Source: Balanoglossus misakiensis (Eukaryota > Animalia > Hemichordata). Taken from it: DNA of 64,000 bases. The DNA lies in contig CM082587.2 in assembly GCA_040954595.2 (NCBI GenBank), positions 12,116,153 through 12,180,152 on the forward strand, read 5' to 3'. Below, in pieces: positions 63,843 to 64,000 of this stretch (position 1 is the first letter of the stretch; each line of letters starts with the position of its first letter). The notes below the pieces were generated by a model that saw only the letters and a program-made list of their open reading frames with translations, ran no database searches and had not been told where the DNA came from. The translations under genes and the position numbers were made by a program.

Positions 63843-64000
63843 GTAAGCAAACCAGTGTCAGATTTGCCGCACAAAGTAGAAATCGCTGGGCTTTGTCATT
63901 GATATTGTCTCAATAAAGTTGCCTGTGATTGTGCAGCTAACCAAGAGACTTATATGCACTACCGTAGCCATGATGTATACTTTCATTGACTCAAATGCTC

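Larger units (their letters stand above)
52568..64000 (+). repeat. Tandem segmental duplication, copy 3 (partial, runs off window)
   Basis: Colinear with copy 1 from 4059 to ~18278. Confidence 0.95.

Overview
Eukaryotic (animal), AT-rich, intron-containing DNA. The repeat families suggest a marine invertebrate, possibly a non-vertebrate deuterostome (a guess, not shown by the sequence). The window is dominated by a head-to-tail tandem amplification of a ~24-kb unit: copy 1 4059-27867, copy 2 27868-52567, copy 3 52568 to beyond the window end. Each unit carries + strand remnants of an extracellular Cys-rich gene: up to six Cys-rich (ephrin-receptor-like/GCC2_GCC3-type) exons, then an array of symmetric phase-1 exons (14 in the union of copies) encoding an atypical 8-cysteine EGF-like module. 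Many stops and frameshifts are shared by all copies, so the segment was largely disabled before amplification. Two calcium-binding EGF exons lie upstream of the unit. Each copy has its own insertions and deletions, with empty sites visible in sister copies. These include a near-intact Mag-like Ty3/Gypsy retrotransposon (32542-37430, one in-frame TGA), TTAA-targeting Kolobok/piggyBac-type MITEs, long foldback MITEs, two unrelated 'double inverted repeat' elements without a true TSD, and a 5'-truncated LINE. Also present are a P-like element inside an exon (with a 534-bp internal tandem array in copy 1), Helentron-type elements and L2/Tx1 LINE fragments. Most short ORFs in the track are spurious. 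No rRNA, tRNA or CRISPR arrays were seen.
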